Positions 26,654 through 41,251 of a DNA stretch of 64,000 nucleotides are shown here, piece by piece. Every line of letters starts with the position of its first letter. The first letter of the stretch is position 1. Position numbers and translations under genes: made by a program. Under the pieces are notes generated by a model. That model did not search any database. It was given only the letters and a program-made list of their open reading frames with translations, and was not told where the DNA came from. This stretch comes from Auanema rhodensis (taxonomy: Eukaryota; Animalia; Nematoda), in assembly GCA_964057225.1 (NCBI GenBank), contig OZ059898.1, forward strand, positions 16,182,001 to 16,246,000. The letters run 5' to 3'.

Positions 26654-29559
26654 AATGAAAAAGAAGGACGTGACGCATATGAGCTACATCCATTACGAAC
26701 AAGACGAAAAAAAAAGAGAAAAATCAAAGAAGCTTTTCACGAACGAATGAGCTGAGATTAATTAAAAATATTATTTTGTATTCGTTTAAATATATTTTCA
26801 TTTTATTTTTGTTTGTAAAATTTCAAAATTTTTTGAAAAATTAGCAGAAGTTATAAAAAAAATAAATAAGGGCCACGTTTCAATTGGACCAACTATCTAT
26901 AATATATAATTATATGTATTTTAAATAACTATTATTTTTACTTTAGTCTTTCAAACATTAGAAATGTATATGATAATCTATACATAAAAATATCAAATTA
27001 TCAAATAATAGTTAAGCTCAGTTTGATATTTGAGTTTTCTTGCTCATTTTCAGTACTTTGGAACCCCAGTTGTCTCTTTAACGTCATCACTTCTTCTTTT
27101 TCTTCTTCGCCTACATCTTTGCGATCTTATCCAAAAATAAAAATTTTAGATAAAAATTTACGAGAGTGATTTCTATGCAATAAAATTAATTATTTTCAAC
27201 ATTTTTACAGAATATTTCAGTTTTTTTTGTTTTTTTCTTTTATGAGATCATTTGAATAAATTTAAAATTATTCTCTATTTAAAAGGACATATGAAAAGAT
27301 ATGAAATTAAATTCATTTTCATCAAAATGTCTCTTGTTTATATGAAATGACATTTGAATTTTGGTTATGCATCAATGACTTCCATTTTTCTTAAATGTTT
27401 AGATAAACCTAAAAACCTTAAACTTTTTTTCTGCTGAAAAATTGGTTTTAATTCAAAACCCTTTACCCTCTATTTTAACCGTTTTTCCCACCTTTTCGTT
27501 TTCACTCAAAGAAAAAAATAGATATTCTTATTTAAGTAAAAAAATGCAAAAGTAAAATTTAAATTTAAATTTTTTGAAATATTCATAATTAATTAAATTA
27601 TCTTTTATAACTATTTGATATGATGGAATATTTAATTTAATTTTCTTTTTTCTTTTCTTTTTTGATTTTTTTATTAATTTTGATCTCATTCATAATTCTT
27701 TACGTATTACTTCTACATAACATTAATATTTTTTTGCAAAATCCCGACCTTTCATTTAAATTTTTAGATCTGAATCTACTGAATATTATAAATAGCAGCT
27801 GAAATATGAGTAAAAAAAAGCATAGAACTTGAATAAAAAATGAAGAAAATATAATTTTTCAATTTTTTTCAAAACGACAACTCAGCTAAAAGTTCAGAAA
27901 GCACTTATAAATACTTTATAAGAAATGAGAAGTTTGAGAAAGGCGATCTTTAAAGCATTTAACGTTATATATTTTTTTTCTGCAACATACTCTTGTTCAT
28001 TTTCTATTCTTATGCTGAAATATTTTCTTTTTTTTTTTTGCTCCGAATTTTCTCAACCAGAATCTAATCGATATTATTCTCTCAATTACTTTTGTCCTTA
28101 TATGTAAATAACAAACAATAAAAAAAGTAACAAAGACAAGAAAAAACTAAAAAAAGAAAAAAGATTTCAAATGCATACATACATACATATACCTCTAATA
28201 AGGTTTCATACTTTAACTGAACAGAAAGATTTTTTTATCTTTTTTTCGTATTGCTGATTTATTTTTTTCTCAAATGTATCCAAAATACTTTATTTTATTT
28301 GTAAAAAAGATAAAATATATCATGTTTTTTGGATTCTAATCCAACAACTCAGCTACAACTTTCCATAGTTTTTTTTTTTGCAAATTTTTCTATTTATTGA
28401 ACTAAAATTTAGGATACATTTCGAACAGGTTTTGCTTGTAATGTTCTATAAATAACAGTATAATATTTGAAATTATTTCATTTTATATATTTTTGTTTGG
28501 ATGGAAATCATCACGTCAGCAATAAATGCAAAAGATTATATGACGATGGAGCCAAAGTGCCGGACTTGTGTCTGATGTGGATGACATTAACCACAATGTC
28601 CTCACATAGAAATGAATATGTTGTTTGAAAATGTGATTTAGCATATGCGAATCTTATCTCATCTTCATCATTAACTTCTTCATTTCCTTTTTTTTGCATT
28701 TTCCGTTCTATTTTCAATGTATCTTTCTTGGCTTTCACACTCTAATCTTCCATTACCTAAAGAAAATGTTGAAAAAGAGAGAAATAGAAACCAAAAAGGA
28801 GAACGAGAGCTAGAGGAAGAGATAAGCACGACGACAGGAAAGAGATTGAGAGATAGAAACAGACAGAAGTAGAGGAGGAAGATGAGGACATGTATTCTCG
28901 TCGTCTTCTCAACCTTCAAGCTTTTCTTTTTTTTTTCGTTGTAATCATTTGCATTCTATTTTCTAAATAAGGAAACCACTATCACCACTACCGCTAACAT
29001 CGGTGTAAAATCTAGTTCAAGCTCGAACAAGTAAACTAAGGAAATGCTTGGTTTTAGTACGCTTTGTCTTCTTTTCGTTCTTCTTCTTCTTCCTCATTTA
29101 GACATCAGTCCGAATAAATAGACAGCTTTTCTTGTTGGACTTTTGTCTCCAAATTTTCTTTGATCAATTGTCCAGGCTCGGTTGATTTTTCAGAAACAAA
29201 TGTTCTCTGATTCGGATTCACTTGCCTTTCAGCTCGTCGCGTTATCTAATTACATGAAACTAATTCTTCCCATTTTGAATACTTAAAACAAATTTTTTTT
29301 CTTGAAAATAATAAATATATTTACTCTGATACATATATAAAATATATAAGTATGTATATACAACATATACTCATCTTCATTTATATATTTAACTATTATT
29401 TTCTAATTAGCCATATTCAAACTCTTTACGACCCAAAAGTTACAATGATATTATTAAAACTGTTTCTTGTTTTCTTTCTTCATCTTCTTCGTTCTCAATT
29501 TTTCTTCTCTAACTTCTATGTCCGATGTCCACATCTATCTTCATGCCTTCATTCTCTAG

Positions 29560-29566
<7 letters not shown>

Positions 29567-29603
<37 letters not shown>
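29567..29603. repeat. (CT)n microsatellite
   Basis: Directly visible; further CT tracts at ~30235-30290, ~35940-36000 and ~39775-39805. Confidence 0.95.
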
Positions 29604-29607
<4 letters not shown>

Positions 29608-30246
29608 CTCTCTCTGTCCTCCCCCTCTCTTTCTGTCTCTCTCTCTCTAGTTATCTTTCTCCTTCTTTATATACTTATATATAGTATATGTATATCTTTC
29701 TTTACATCTTTCTTCTTTCTCGTTATTTCTGCTCAAAGTTCTGCCTCTTGCTGCTCATTCAACTCATTAGCTTGCGTGAGTTGCTTCCTTCTACTGGAAG
29801 TTCCTATCACAATCTCTCTTAACTTCTTTCAACATCTCATTCTAATTCAACACAATTTTCTCAACTTTTCTTTAACATATACATATTTAAGATTATTTTT
29901 ATGAAAATTGATACTATTCAATATTATCAATATCACCTGTTGAACTTTGTATTCAAATCAATTTATAATTATAGCTTTGAAGACATTTAATAATTTCTAT
30001 TTGTATATTCCATTTATAAAGTTTAATTATGGCTTTGTAACGCCTTCGCAAAACTTAAATGTCGCTATTTCATTGAATAATCTTTCAATTCTTTTATATT
30101 GTTTATGAACTATGACTGAATTACACCAAATATCATAGTTCCACGTTTTGTTATTTAGATTGAAATCTTGTTGACTTCAAGCTTTTAAGTTTCATCAGGT
30201 TTTTTTTCAAGAATTATCTTGTAACTTAAACTCACTCTCTCTCTCA

Positions 30247-30289
<43 letters not shown>

Positions 30290-31361
30290 TTTCCTCATCA
30301 CTTCTATTTTTCTCTCTTTACATATCTTTTTGAATTTATTATTATTATTATTCTAACAATATGTCATTGAGTTTTTATGCATCTTATACACCATACCATA
30401 TATGCATATATACATAAATGGCAAAAAGAAAAAAAAATTTCTCATGTCAAAATATATTTTTTTAATTTTATAAAACAGTTCAACATAATATTCTTTTCCT
30501 TTTTTTTACTGATTTTATAAAAAGCTAATATAATCATATTGTAGTATTGAAAGATAGCATTATGAGAATAATTTGTCTTTTTGTCTTCATTGTTCTTTCT
30601 GGACATTAATTTGTCTCATGAATGACTTTAGACCACATAAGACAACCTTAGATAATTTGAGTCTTCAAGCTCATGTCATTAGTATATAGATGCTTCTAAC
30701 CATAAAGAGAAAGCACGTACTCATTATCACTTTAAAGCTGCCGCCCAATTTTCCATTTGATTTCATTTTTTTCAAAATGAAGAAGAGTGTTCTGAATTAT
30801 TTCATCGATTCTAATTCCCAAATAACGAGCATTTTTATATATTTTTTTAGAAATTCGTTGACAAGCTTAGAAAGATTCTAGTTTTATCGAAATAAAACAA
30901 TTTTATAATAGTAATAGAAAAAGCTTTTTCATGTATTTTCAATTGTTAATAGTGCCAGGTGAAAGAATATTTTTCAATTTTCAACATTTCAAAAATGTCA
31001 CAACAATTGTTTTAATATCTAATTTAAGTGAAGCATTTGCTACTTTTTATAAAAATTGTATACAATTTTGATAATAAGCTAAGGAATAGCTGAAACTACT
31101 CGTAAATAAATAATTTTGAAACTGAGTGTTAGAATGAATAAGTAGACTGATAGAATACAGAAAGCATTCGGATGAATGAACTCGTTGGTTATGAGAATAC
31201 GAGGACGGAAAGAGATGAGAGAAAGAGAAAAATACATACATATACAAGTATACACTGTTAGAAAGAGAGAAAGCTCAAAAAAAAAGAAAAATAAAGATAG
31301 AATTTAAGTATTTGAAAGCGGGAATATAAAATATTAGAAGAGGGAACTGCGAGGAGGATGT

Positions 31362-31375
31362 GGGGGGGGGGGGGG
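31362..31375 (+). repeat. G14 homopolymer (G-quadruplex-prone tract)
   Basis: Run of 14 G in an otherwise very AT-rich background. Confidence 0.9.
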
Positions 31376-33558
31376 CTGGTTAATGAAGAAGCAGAATGCA
31401 TTTCTTCACAATATTAACAATAATTTTTCATTTATCTCTTGATAGACTTTGTTTCTTCTTTTCCAGCCTGAAAATGACTTTCTTACTTTGAGCTGATCAG
31501 TTAAAATTTTTATGCATATTTTGCAATATCTTAATCTCAACTTTATAATTTTATTTGTTTTTTCAACTTAATTTCTCATCTTCCATACATTTATCTGTTT
31601 ATATGTATATGACTATTTCATATAATTATTTTCTATTAACAAATAGCTACCACCACAAAAGGACTTCTTTATTCCTTCAGGGAATATACTATTCTCTTTC
31701 CTTTTTTTTTTCTTTTTATTATGTAAAAGAAAAGTCTAAATATTGTTTATGTAATTTCCTATTTATAGTATACCTATATAGTATATATAATATATATAAT
31801 ATATAGAATATATATATATATATTACTTGTTGTATAAATGATTCTTCGAAAAAAATTACTTTTATTTTGTACTTTCTTTAAATTTATTCTCACTTGAATT
31901 AATCAATTTATATAATACATACATACATTTATATAAAAATCTATAACTATAACTATATAACTATATATATATATATATATATAAAGTTATATATATCAAT
32001 AACTATGTATATAGCTAAACCCTATTAGCATATTATGCTAATCAAGTAGGTGACGTGAAGCGTGTTATAGTATAAGCTCATAGACATGGCGTCAACATTT
32101 CTCATTTCCGTTTGTGTAAAAGCATCGAACGGTTTGTATAAAAACAAATAAATCTTTTGTTTTATTTTTTTTCAAAGTAAAAAAAAAGATTTCAGAAGAA
32201 AATAATTAAACTAATTCATTAATGAATTTTTTATGTCAAACTATTGGTTTGTATATACTCTCTACTTCAATAACTATCGATATCAATGGATTTTTGAACC
32301 ATATTCTCTTCTAATGAAAAACTCGGTATTTTCATTTAAATTATCAATTCAATTTTAGTACTTTTATTATCATATCAATAATATCAAATATACTATATAT
32401 ACTATCTATATACATATTATATTATATGTATACTATATAGATAGATATAGATATGACAGATGCATTTCTATATTCATTATTAAGTTTCTTCAATTCTGAA
32501 AATTAACACAGACGAAGACAATAAAATTCTAAGGTTTTCAATTTAAGTTTAAAAATTAATATTTTACATATTTCTTCCAAACAAAATCTAGTTGCAATCA
32601 ACATTTTATAGCTTCATGAGATAGAACAAACCAAAAAAGATAACATTCTCTGGACAACAAACAAACCGATGTTCTTGAGCTGTTCTCTTCAGACATGAGT
32701 CATCTGATAAACGCTTTTATTTTATAATTCTGAAAGTAGAAGAGATGAGACAAAACGGCTTATTTATTTCCTAGTTTGTCCGTTAAGGATACGCCGACGT
32801 GTCTGTGTAGACGTTGCAGGAAAGACGTTTCCATCTAAGATCCCTCAACAATCTCTATTTTCCACATATTTATCTCATTGCGCTGACTTGTCCAACCTAT
32901 CTACAATGTATTCTGAGCACAAATTTAATATGTATTTAATTTAACCAATTTTATCATTTTTTTTCTATTTTCGCGGTTTTATTCCGATTTTTTCGTGAAA
33001 AATTCATTTAACTTAATGTAAAACAATGAAGGAAAATGGTAAGTAACACGTATCTGCTCAGTGAAAACCACTTCAAAATAGACAACTTTCTAAATAGAAA
33101 ACGTTTTTTTTTTAGAATTTTTAAGTTTCCAAATTGTAAAATTTCGTCAAATGGAATTTTTTCTTTGCATAAAAAAATTAATTCAAAAACAAGAAAACAT
33201 TATGAGAAATGAAGTAACATTCTAAATTCTTATCCTTCCTTTTTGCCGAAGATGCAGAAAGGAGTATCAACTGTTGGCTGGTCAAAATAATCTTATGGAT
33301 CGAATGAATTTAATTTATCTCAAATAGCAAATTTATAACAATTTGTATTGAAAGATTGAAAAAATATTTTTTTTTCAATGAAAAATACTTATTGAATATA
33401 GAAATTACTTTTAATATATTATTCAAGCTGTTCTTTAAGTGAAATTTGATGTTAATCAATGTACCTGAACTGAATAATATAAAAACTTTATAACTTAATA
33501 GATAATTCATTTATTGATAAATTCATTTTTGATCTGATATATTCTAAATATAATAATA

Positions 33559-33598
<40 letters not shown>

Positions 33599-36500
33599 AA
33601 ATGATTATTTCATATTTATAAGAAAGATAAGTCCCTCGTATTATTGCTCTGCAGTTGAATTTTTTTTGGCCAGAAGCCATCAATCTATTTTAGAATCGTT
33701 CTACCAAGCTTGAATATTTTTTATATGTATGTATATATCGAAATAAAATATTGAGTATTCAATTCAAATGTGACCCTATTACAAACATTAAATACAAATC
33801 TTACTTCTCAACTTTATTAGAGCAGTTATCCAAGATTTTATGCGTCTTGAAACGACAATTTTTAATGTTTGTACCAACTTGCTATAAGTTCTTAGTCCTT
33901 GGCTTGGATACAGATTTTGGAAAACATGAAAATCTTATTTTTTGTTACTTCTTACCACAAAATATGTTATGAAAAATAAAATTACAACTAAACTTATAGT
34001 AAGATATTTATCATAAAAATAGAATATAATCTAAATAAACTTTTCAAAAAATAAATTTCTATTATTAACTAAAAAAATTGAAAATATTCTGTGATCATCA
34101 TGTTCATTCTCATTTTTCTTCAAGTTATCATGTTTCTTTATCATATATACTATACATATTTTTGAAATATGTATATAGAAGATGACATATCTTGTCATCT
34201 AATGAGATAAATTTCATTTTTCATTCCGTTTCATGTTCAACTAGTGAGCATGAGAAAAGAATTTTCTAATCATCCCACGGTCACTTCTTCTAGGTTGTTA
34301 CCCTCTCATCAGAATCATCTTCAGTAACGAGAATTTTTATTATGAGAATAGAAAAAATTAAGAGTATGACGGAATTTACGGGAGATAAGAGAAAGAGAGA
34401 GACTGGGTGGGTGGTTATAGTAGGAAGGATGCCTAGTGTCGGAATAGGATAACTGAGTTATGTGATTCCATTTCCGAAAAAAAAAGAAATTGCAAAAGGA
34501 AGTAAGGAAGTGATTCTTATATAATACAGTCTTCCTCTGCAGATAATTCACTGGCAAATCGCATTAAATTTGATGTAAAGACCTCAAAATTTCTAACATT
34601 CTACTTCTTAAGACCAAAGGGATCGTGGAATAGGCTTGAAACGAACGCCCCATTCATTCTGATGAATGAGAAAATTGAAGCTGCTTTTCAAGCTGATCTC
34701 TGACATGATCATCTCCTATTTGACTATATTATCTTTTATTTTATTATATTATATAATTTATGATAATAAATTATTTCCTCTAATTATCTCACTACATTAG
34801 GTTAAAGCACTTTTCAAAATATTTTTTTGTCAACTAAAAGGAAATCTACTAATTCAATTATTTTAGTATATACGTAAACGAGGTAATCGTCTATAAAACG
34901 TCTTACTTACAAGTACTCTTTCATTTTTTTATTTGTTACAGCCTGAAACAACCTTTAGACATGTTCTTTTGCTACTTTTCCTTGTTTTCACACTTTCGAC
35001 TTCTTTTGCTGTTAGTACAAGATTTTTTGAAAATCGTTAGAAGTGAGATTTGGAACATTTTTTGAAAGAACATACTCTTATAGAAATCTATTTCTAATAA
35101 ATTTATTTTTTTTGGCTTATTCTACATAGTTTTCCATGAGATTTTCTTGCATTTCAATCTATGAGTTTCAAATTCGTCATTGGTCTATTATCCTGTTTCA
35201 TGGTAATCTAATCAAACTGATGTTCATTTCAAAAGATACTTTATTCTTCTTTCAAAGTTCTACCCTTTATCCCTCATTTTCTATTTCTCTTTCTTATTCA
35301 CTACTTCCTACTGCTAACCTACTCTCTCTTTCTCTCTCTCTCACTCTCTGTTTCTTTGCTTAGTACTTCTAACTAAGATAGAAAACAGTTTCTAATTTCA
35401 ATTATATACGTTTATCTGTATTTATAGAAAATTCCTTTATCAATTTCTTCTTTTACTTCTTTTTCTGATAATTGTCGTCTTTAAACCAATTAATCTACAA
35501 TCCTTATAATTGTATGTTTGAAAGATTTCTTTCCTCATTCATTTGCTATTATTCTCTAAATTTCTTTTTGAAAATCTGCGTCGTCTGCAATCTTCTGATA
35601 TTCCATTCCATTTTACTTCAATTCAATTTACTTGCTATGTATATTGAAATTGTTTTTAAATGACTACATCGTCAATAATTTTTTTGAAACCAGAAAATTC
35701 GACGAACAAGATAGTTAAATGTTCTTCAGCCGAATAGCTTTTTTCGATCTGTCATTCTTTTTATTTTATATTTTAACTAAATATAACCTCTAACTTTGCT
35801 TCCATTTATTCATTCAACTGTAACAAAATTGTTCTTCTCTTTCATAGAAAAACACCACCTTTCTTTACCAATCTCTTTTATCTTTCAATCTTTTCTCCTT
35901 TCATTAACTATTTTTCTGTTTATCACAACTTCTTATTGTACTCTCTCTCTCTCTTTTTCTCTCTCTGTCTCTCTCTTTCTTTCTCTATTTCTCTCTATTT
36001 ATCTTTCTATCACAATAAAAGTTCATCAACTATTACCTCTTGTTCTGTTTTTAAAATAGGACAAACCACACGATGTATATATGTATATGTATGTAATTCA
36101 AACTAATAAACAAAGTAAAAAAGCTTTAGTTAATTATATATATATGTATATATATAATATTTACTTAGTATATGAATATTTTATCTGGAAATTCATTTCA
36201 ATGAGTAATTGAACATTTTTGAATTGACATCTTATCTTGTTCCTTGTAACTAAAATTCCTGGTGCACATGCAAATCTTATGTGAATGTCATACAACATTC
36301 ATATTAAACAATCTAATACATTTCATATACTATTACTGTATTTTATTTAAATTGTAAAAATTCATTCATTTTAAATGAATTACAATTTATATTTATCTAA
36401 ATATATATTTAAATATATAATATTATATAGTTAAATATATATATATATATAGATTTAGATAGCAGATGCTTATATATTCTTGTAAACAAAGCTTATACAT

Positions 36501-36937
36501 TGATTTTTCATTTTGATTCTGAACTCTTCATCTATATTACTATGTCACATACATATTCATTTGCTCAGATCAGTTTTACATTATCCAATCCGATTATCTA
36601 TCGGTAATCTTGAAGATAATTTTTTTTCTCTCTCAAAGACTAATAGAAATTAAAAACGTTGAAATTCTTTTTATTTTTTAAATATATAATGTATATAAAT
36701 TAATATTTTTATATACTTATCTATCTATATATCTATGTAATCTACAATTTTTTATAAGAAATCTTGTTCACAAAAAAATTTGTTTTCTAAATACTGGAAA
36801 AAATGCTTGAAAAACTGTAATTCATATATTCAAATATAAAGGGAGAGAGCAGTAACTCGTCTATACATATGTTAGACATTCAATTTCTTTTTTTATTAAA
36901 TTTTTATTTTCTTTTTTAAATTTTTTATATTTGTAGG

Positions 36938-38826
36938 ATGTCAAACGATTCCGAATGTTTGAACCTCAATGAAGAGTTGTGGGAATTCAGGGGCGATTTA
37001 ACCACTCGGGTAAGGATTTTGTTGTTCAAGTTATTTGCCGAATAGTTAAAGATATAATCTTTCAAAAATTTAGTGAAATATACAATAAGAGAAAAGATTT
37101 ATTATTAAAATTTGTAATTTTTTTCTTTTAGACACCTACAATGGTGATATTTTCCCTTCTTTATGCCATCATTATCATATGTGGATGTGTTGGAAATACA
37201 TGTGTCATTCTTGCTATAACAAGAAATAAGTAAGTTTATTAAATAAAAAAAAAACATATTTTATATTAATTATAAATATAATAAAATATATTTAATTAAC
37301 AATATGGTTAATTCAAATTTATTTTAAATTAAGAAGAGAAACATAGATGAGCAAATCAGTATTGATACTCATCAAAATCTTCTTTATTCTCAAAAAATAT
37401 AAAAATAATTTATTTAATTAACTAATAATAGTTTTATTGGGTACTATACGTGAAGTGTAGAGTATGATCAGTATCAATAACTTTTTGATTTTTTTAAAAC
37501 TTGAAATCTTTATTATATACTTTTGTTTCTTTATATCATATCTATTTCGGATGTAAATTATAAATTATATATTGAATAGTTAATATAAATAGTTCAGTTT
37601 TAAGCATTAATTTCTAAAAAAAAAATAAAAATATTGTTTATTGTCTGCAATATTTTGGTCTGCAAAATTTAAAAATGTTGATGTCTAGGCCATTTTTTTA
37701 AAACAATTCATGAAGATCAACCTAACTTTGATGTTTATGTAGTTGTTTCGTTTCTCACTTTCTATTTTTTTCTATAAATCGTATAAAAAGCCAAAACATT
37801 GTTCTGAGCACAAGCTTTGAAATTGAATATTCTATACCTATTATCAGAAAAACAGAGGGAATCAATCTCTTTTATTAATGAAAAAACTGGAAAAGTAAAA
37901 ACATGGTTTAAATATTTTTAAATAAAAAATTATATTTTATTTAATTATATGGAAATAATAAAAAAAAGTTTTCAATTGACGTTTTCTTTACAGGACCCTT
38001 CAAACTGTTCCTAATTTATTCATTTTATCTTTATCATGTTCGGATATAGTTGTATGTTGTATATCAGCAACTATAACTCCTATCACAGCTTTTCGAAAAG
38101 AATGGATTTTCGGAGAAGCTTTGTGCCGTATTGCACCGTTTATAGCTGTAAGTTATTCTTATTTTAAAGATGAAATTAGTTAATTTAGGGAATTAGTCTT
38201 TGCTTTTCAACATTTACTTTGACTGCAATTTCTGTTGATAGATACATGCTGATTCGTTTTCCTATGAAAAAGCCATTAAGCCATTTACAGGCTTGTGGAG
38301 TAATAGCTGTAATATTTTTGTAAAATATAATAAAATATGTTTTTCAACGTTTTTCAGTTTATATGTACTTTGGCAGCTTGTATATCATCTCCAATTATTT
38401 TCAAACAAACTTTGGGAATATTTGCAAATTTCTGCGGAAAATATTGTACAGGTAAAACTATATATACTATATCATATACTTTATAATAAAATAAAATAAA
38501 TTCAACTGATTACACGTCACACATTTTTTGAAAAAAAGAAATTTCACATCAATTTATAATAAATATGATGAATGATTTTAAAATTTTAAAATTTCAGAAG
38601 ATTGGAGCGGTAATGAAAGTCAAAGAAGAATATATGGAGCAGCTTTACTTGGTGTACAGTTAATAGTTCCATTATTCATTATTATTTTATCTTATACAGC
38701 TATATCTATACGAATAGGACAGGTACTGTAATATTTCTCTTTTTACATTTATAATTTTTTATTTCTTTTAGTCCATGATTCTTAAAGGTGCAAAACAACA
38801 ATCAAGTGATAATTGGGAAGTAAGTT

Positions 38827-38874
<48 letters not shown>

Positions 38875-39773
38875 AATATTTATATAAAATAATAATAATA
38901 ATTTGATTAAAAATATAAATAATCTTTTATTCTTAGAATTTAATTAATTCTTCTTTTTCAACATTTCTTATTGTCTCTTAAAAGCAATTGAATATTTGAA
39001 ATTATAAAATATAAATTCAAAACTATTACAAATAATTTTTAATTTAGGTTCAATTAACTGATCAACAACGTATGGCTGTTAAACGAAAGCAAAGAACTAA
39101 TCGTATGTTAATTGCTATGGTTGTAGCATTTTCATTAAGGTAAAAGTTTATAAAAATTTATTTTTTATAATAAAAATTATTTTATTTAAGTTGGATTTGG
39201 TCTGTTTCATTCAATGTTCTTCGTGATTATGATTTCTTACCTGAATGGATAAAAGAACAAGAATATTTATTTGGAATAGGTACACACTGTGTTGCTATGA
39301 CATCAACAGTATGTTTATTAAATTATAAATAAATTTATTTATAATTAAAATAAATAAATAATTTCTAGGTTTGGAACCCGCTATTGTATGCTATGTTGAA
39401 CTTACAACTTCGGGCTGCTTTTATGGATTTAATGCCTTGTTGGCTTCGTAGAAAATGGAATCTTGACAAGACAACATCTACACGACTGTTGACTGAAAAC
39501 ACAAGAATGCCACAGACTAAGTATGGAACGACAACTGTTCGAAACAATGACACACAGGTATACGGTATCTATAGCACGTGCAAGCTGTATTCGGTCTTTC
39601 TCTACAGTTTTCTCTCTCCCTCTTCCTCTCTCGTGTTCTTTCTCTTCTTTTACCTCTTCTTTTTCTTCTTCTTCTTCCTCTTCTTCCTCTTCTTCCTCTT
39701 CTTCTACTACTACTACTTCTTCTACGTTACTTTTTTTTTGTATCTCACGTTCAGTATCACTTGTTGCTTCTTT

Positions 39774-39806
<33 letters not shown>

Positions 39807-41251
39807 AATCTCTCTTTATCTCTCATCTCTCTCTTTCTCTTTATATATTTTTTTGCTTATTTATTTTTAAAAATTGTTTCTAAGCCTGTAACTTCTTAAG
39901 CTCTTATTAGACAACCACATCACTCATTCGATGCTCGAGATGATATATGTAAGTTAGACTAATTAGTGGAATTTCCATAGTGGTTTTGTTTGTTGATCGT
40001 TCTTCATTCATTATTTTCTTTGCACCTAGTGTCATAAACTTGTTGTAATTTCTATCCACGAAATAGTCTTTCTTCCAGGTGTTTCTCTTATTTTTCCATC
40101 TTCTCTTACCTCCAATATTTCAATTATCAGCACATTCCGTTCATTTTCCTTTTAGAACACTAATTTTTAGTATTGTAATATAAAAGATTTGGAATAGTAA
40201 TCCATAATCTTTGTGGCATGTTTAATCGTATTCAACGATTTTCGTAACGTACTTTTTTCGATTTATTGCCTATATTTACCACATGAATCATATGGATTTT
40301 TCAAATTAAGATGCTATTCTCAAGCTATTTTGCTGTTGTGTTAGTCTTTCATAGTTTTTGCTATCAGCTGTTGTCGATATGCTTTTCATCATGACACAGA
40401 GCTGGATCGAACAGACAGTTCTAGCGGCTAAAAAGTATACTCACATCATATATCTGAAGCGAAAGCAATACTTCTTTTATTTAATTTTTTAAATTTTAAA
40501 TTTGATTGTGATTTTGTATTTCAATTTTAATTGAAACAGTTTTTAATAGCTTATTTTCAACAGGATTTTCATGGACAAGTGTTGTCAAACATATTAACAT
40601 CTAATTGTACAGAGATAAATGTGTCCCGAGTTGACCGTATTGTGCACGTGCATGGTTCCGTATTGTCTGTTTTGTCAATATTTCACCGTTTTTCGAGACA
40701 CTTTTTTTAATTTTTATTTTCAATTTCGTCAAGTCGCTTTCTGTATTAGCTATTTGAAAATGTTTAGCTTTTTTTGCTTCTGTAACTTTGAAACCTAATT
40801 TCTTTCCAATTCAAAAAAGAAAAAAAAACAAATCCTACTGTAGCTTGTAGAATCATTTTATTACTTTTTCTCATTTTCATTATATTTTCAGATGCTCAAA
40901 ACGATTAATAAGCGGACAACTGAACCATCAGCAATCGTTGTTGTAGATGGGATTTCACGAGATTCACGTAGTGGTACTAGCAATAGTATTCGGCGTGAAT
41001 CAAGAAAAGCATCTGTAATGCGGGTCTTAGTTCAACGGGTTCATAAGCATGATGATCAGCAACAACTCATCTCATCAGATAATTCATCAAATGGAACTGG
41101 ATGCTCAGTTAATAGTCCTGATTCTCCAAATATCGATCTAGATGCCGTTCGCCGTAAAAGTACAACCGGTGTTGTAATGGTAATTCGTCAATCAGTTGAG
41201 TTTCCAGCGGTTTGTCCAGTTAATACAATGGTCCGAAATAGTTCTTTCTGA
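36938..41251 (+). CDS. npr-4: Neuropeptide Y/F-like rhodopsin-class GPCR, NPR-4 orthologue (FLP peptide receptor), multi-exon
   Basis: MSNDSECLNLNEELW...GNTCVILAITRNK.LQTVPNLFILSLSCSDIVVCC, WIFGEALCRIAPFIAGISLCFSTFTLTAISVDRY, QRTNRMLIAMVVAF, THCVAMTSTVWNPLLYAMLNLQLRAAF; terminal exon 40892-41251 ends VRNSSF*. Closely follows C. elegans NPR-4 as recalled, including the RK.S.MR.LVQ tail. Confidence 0.9.
38831..38872. repeat. (AT)n microsatellite in an npr-4 intron
   Basis: Directly visible; similar tracts at ~15712, ~33567, ~55560 and ~57858. Confidence 0.95.

Noticed and set aside
39523-39899. Long overlapping ORFs rich in F/S/L after the npr-4 exon
   Set aside because: Read-through into pyrimidine-rich intronic microsatellites (TCTTCC, CT repeats) that lack stop codons by composition.
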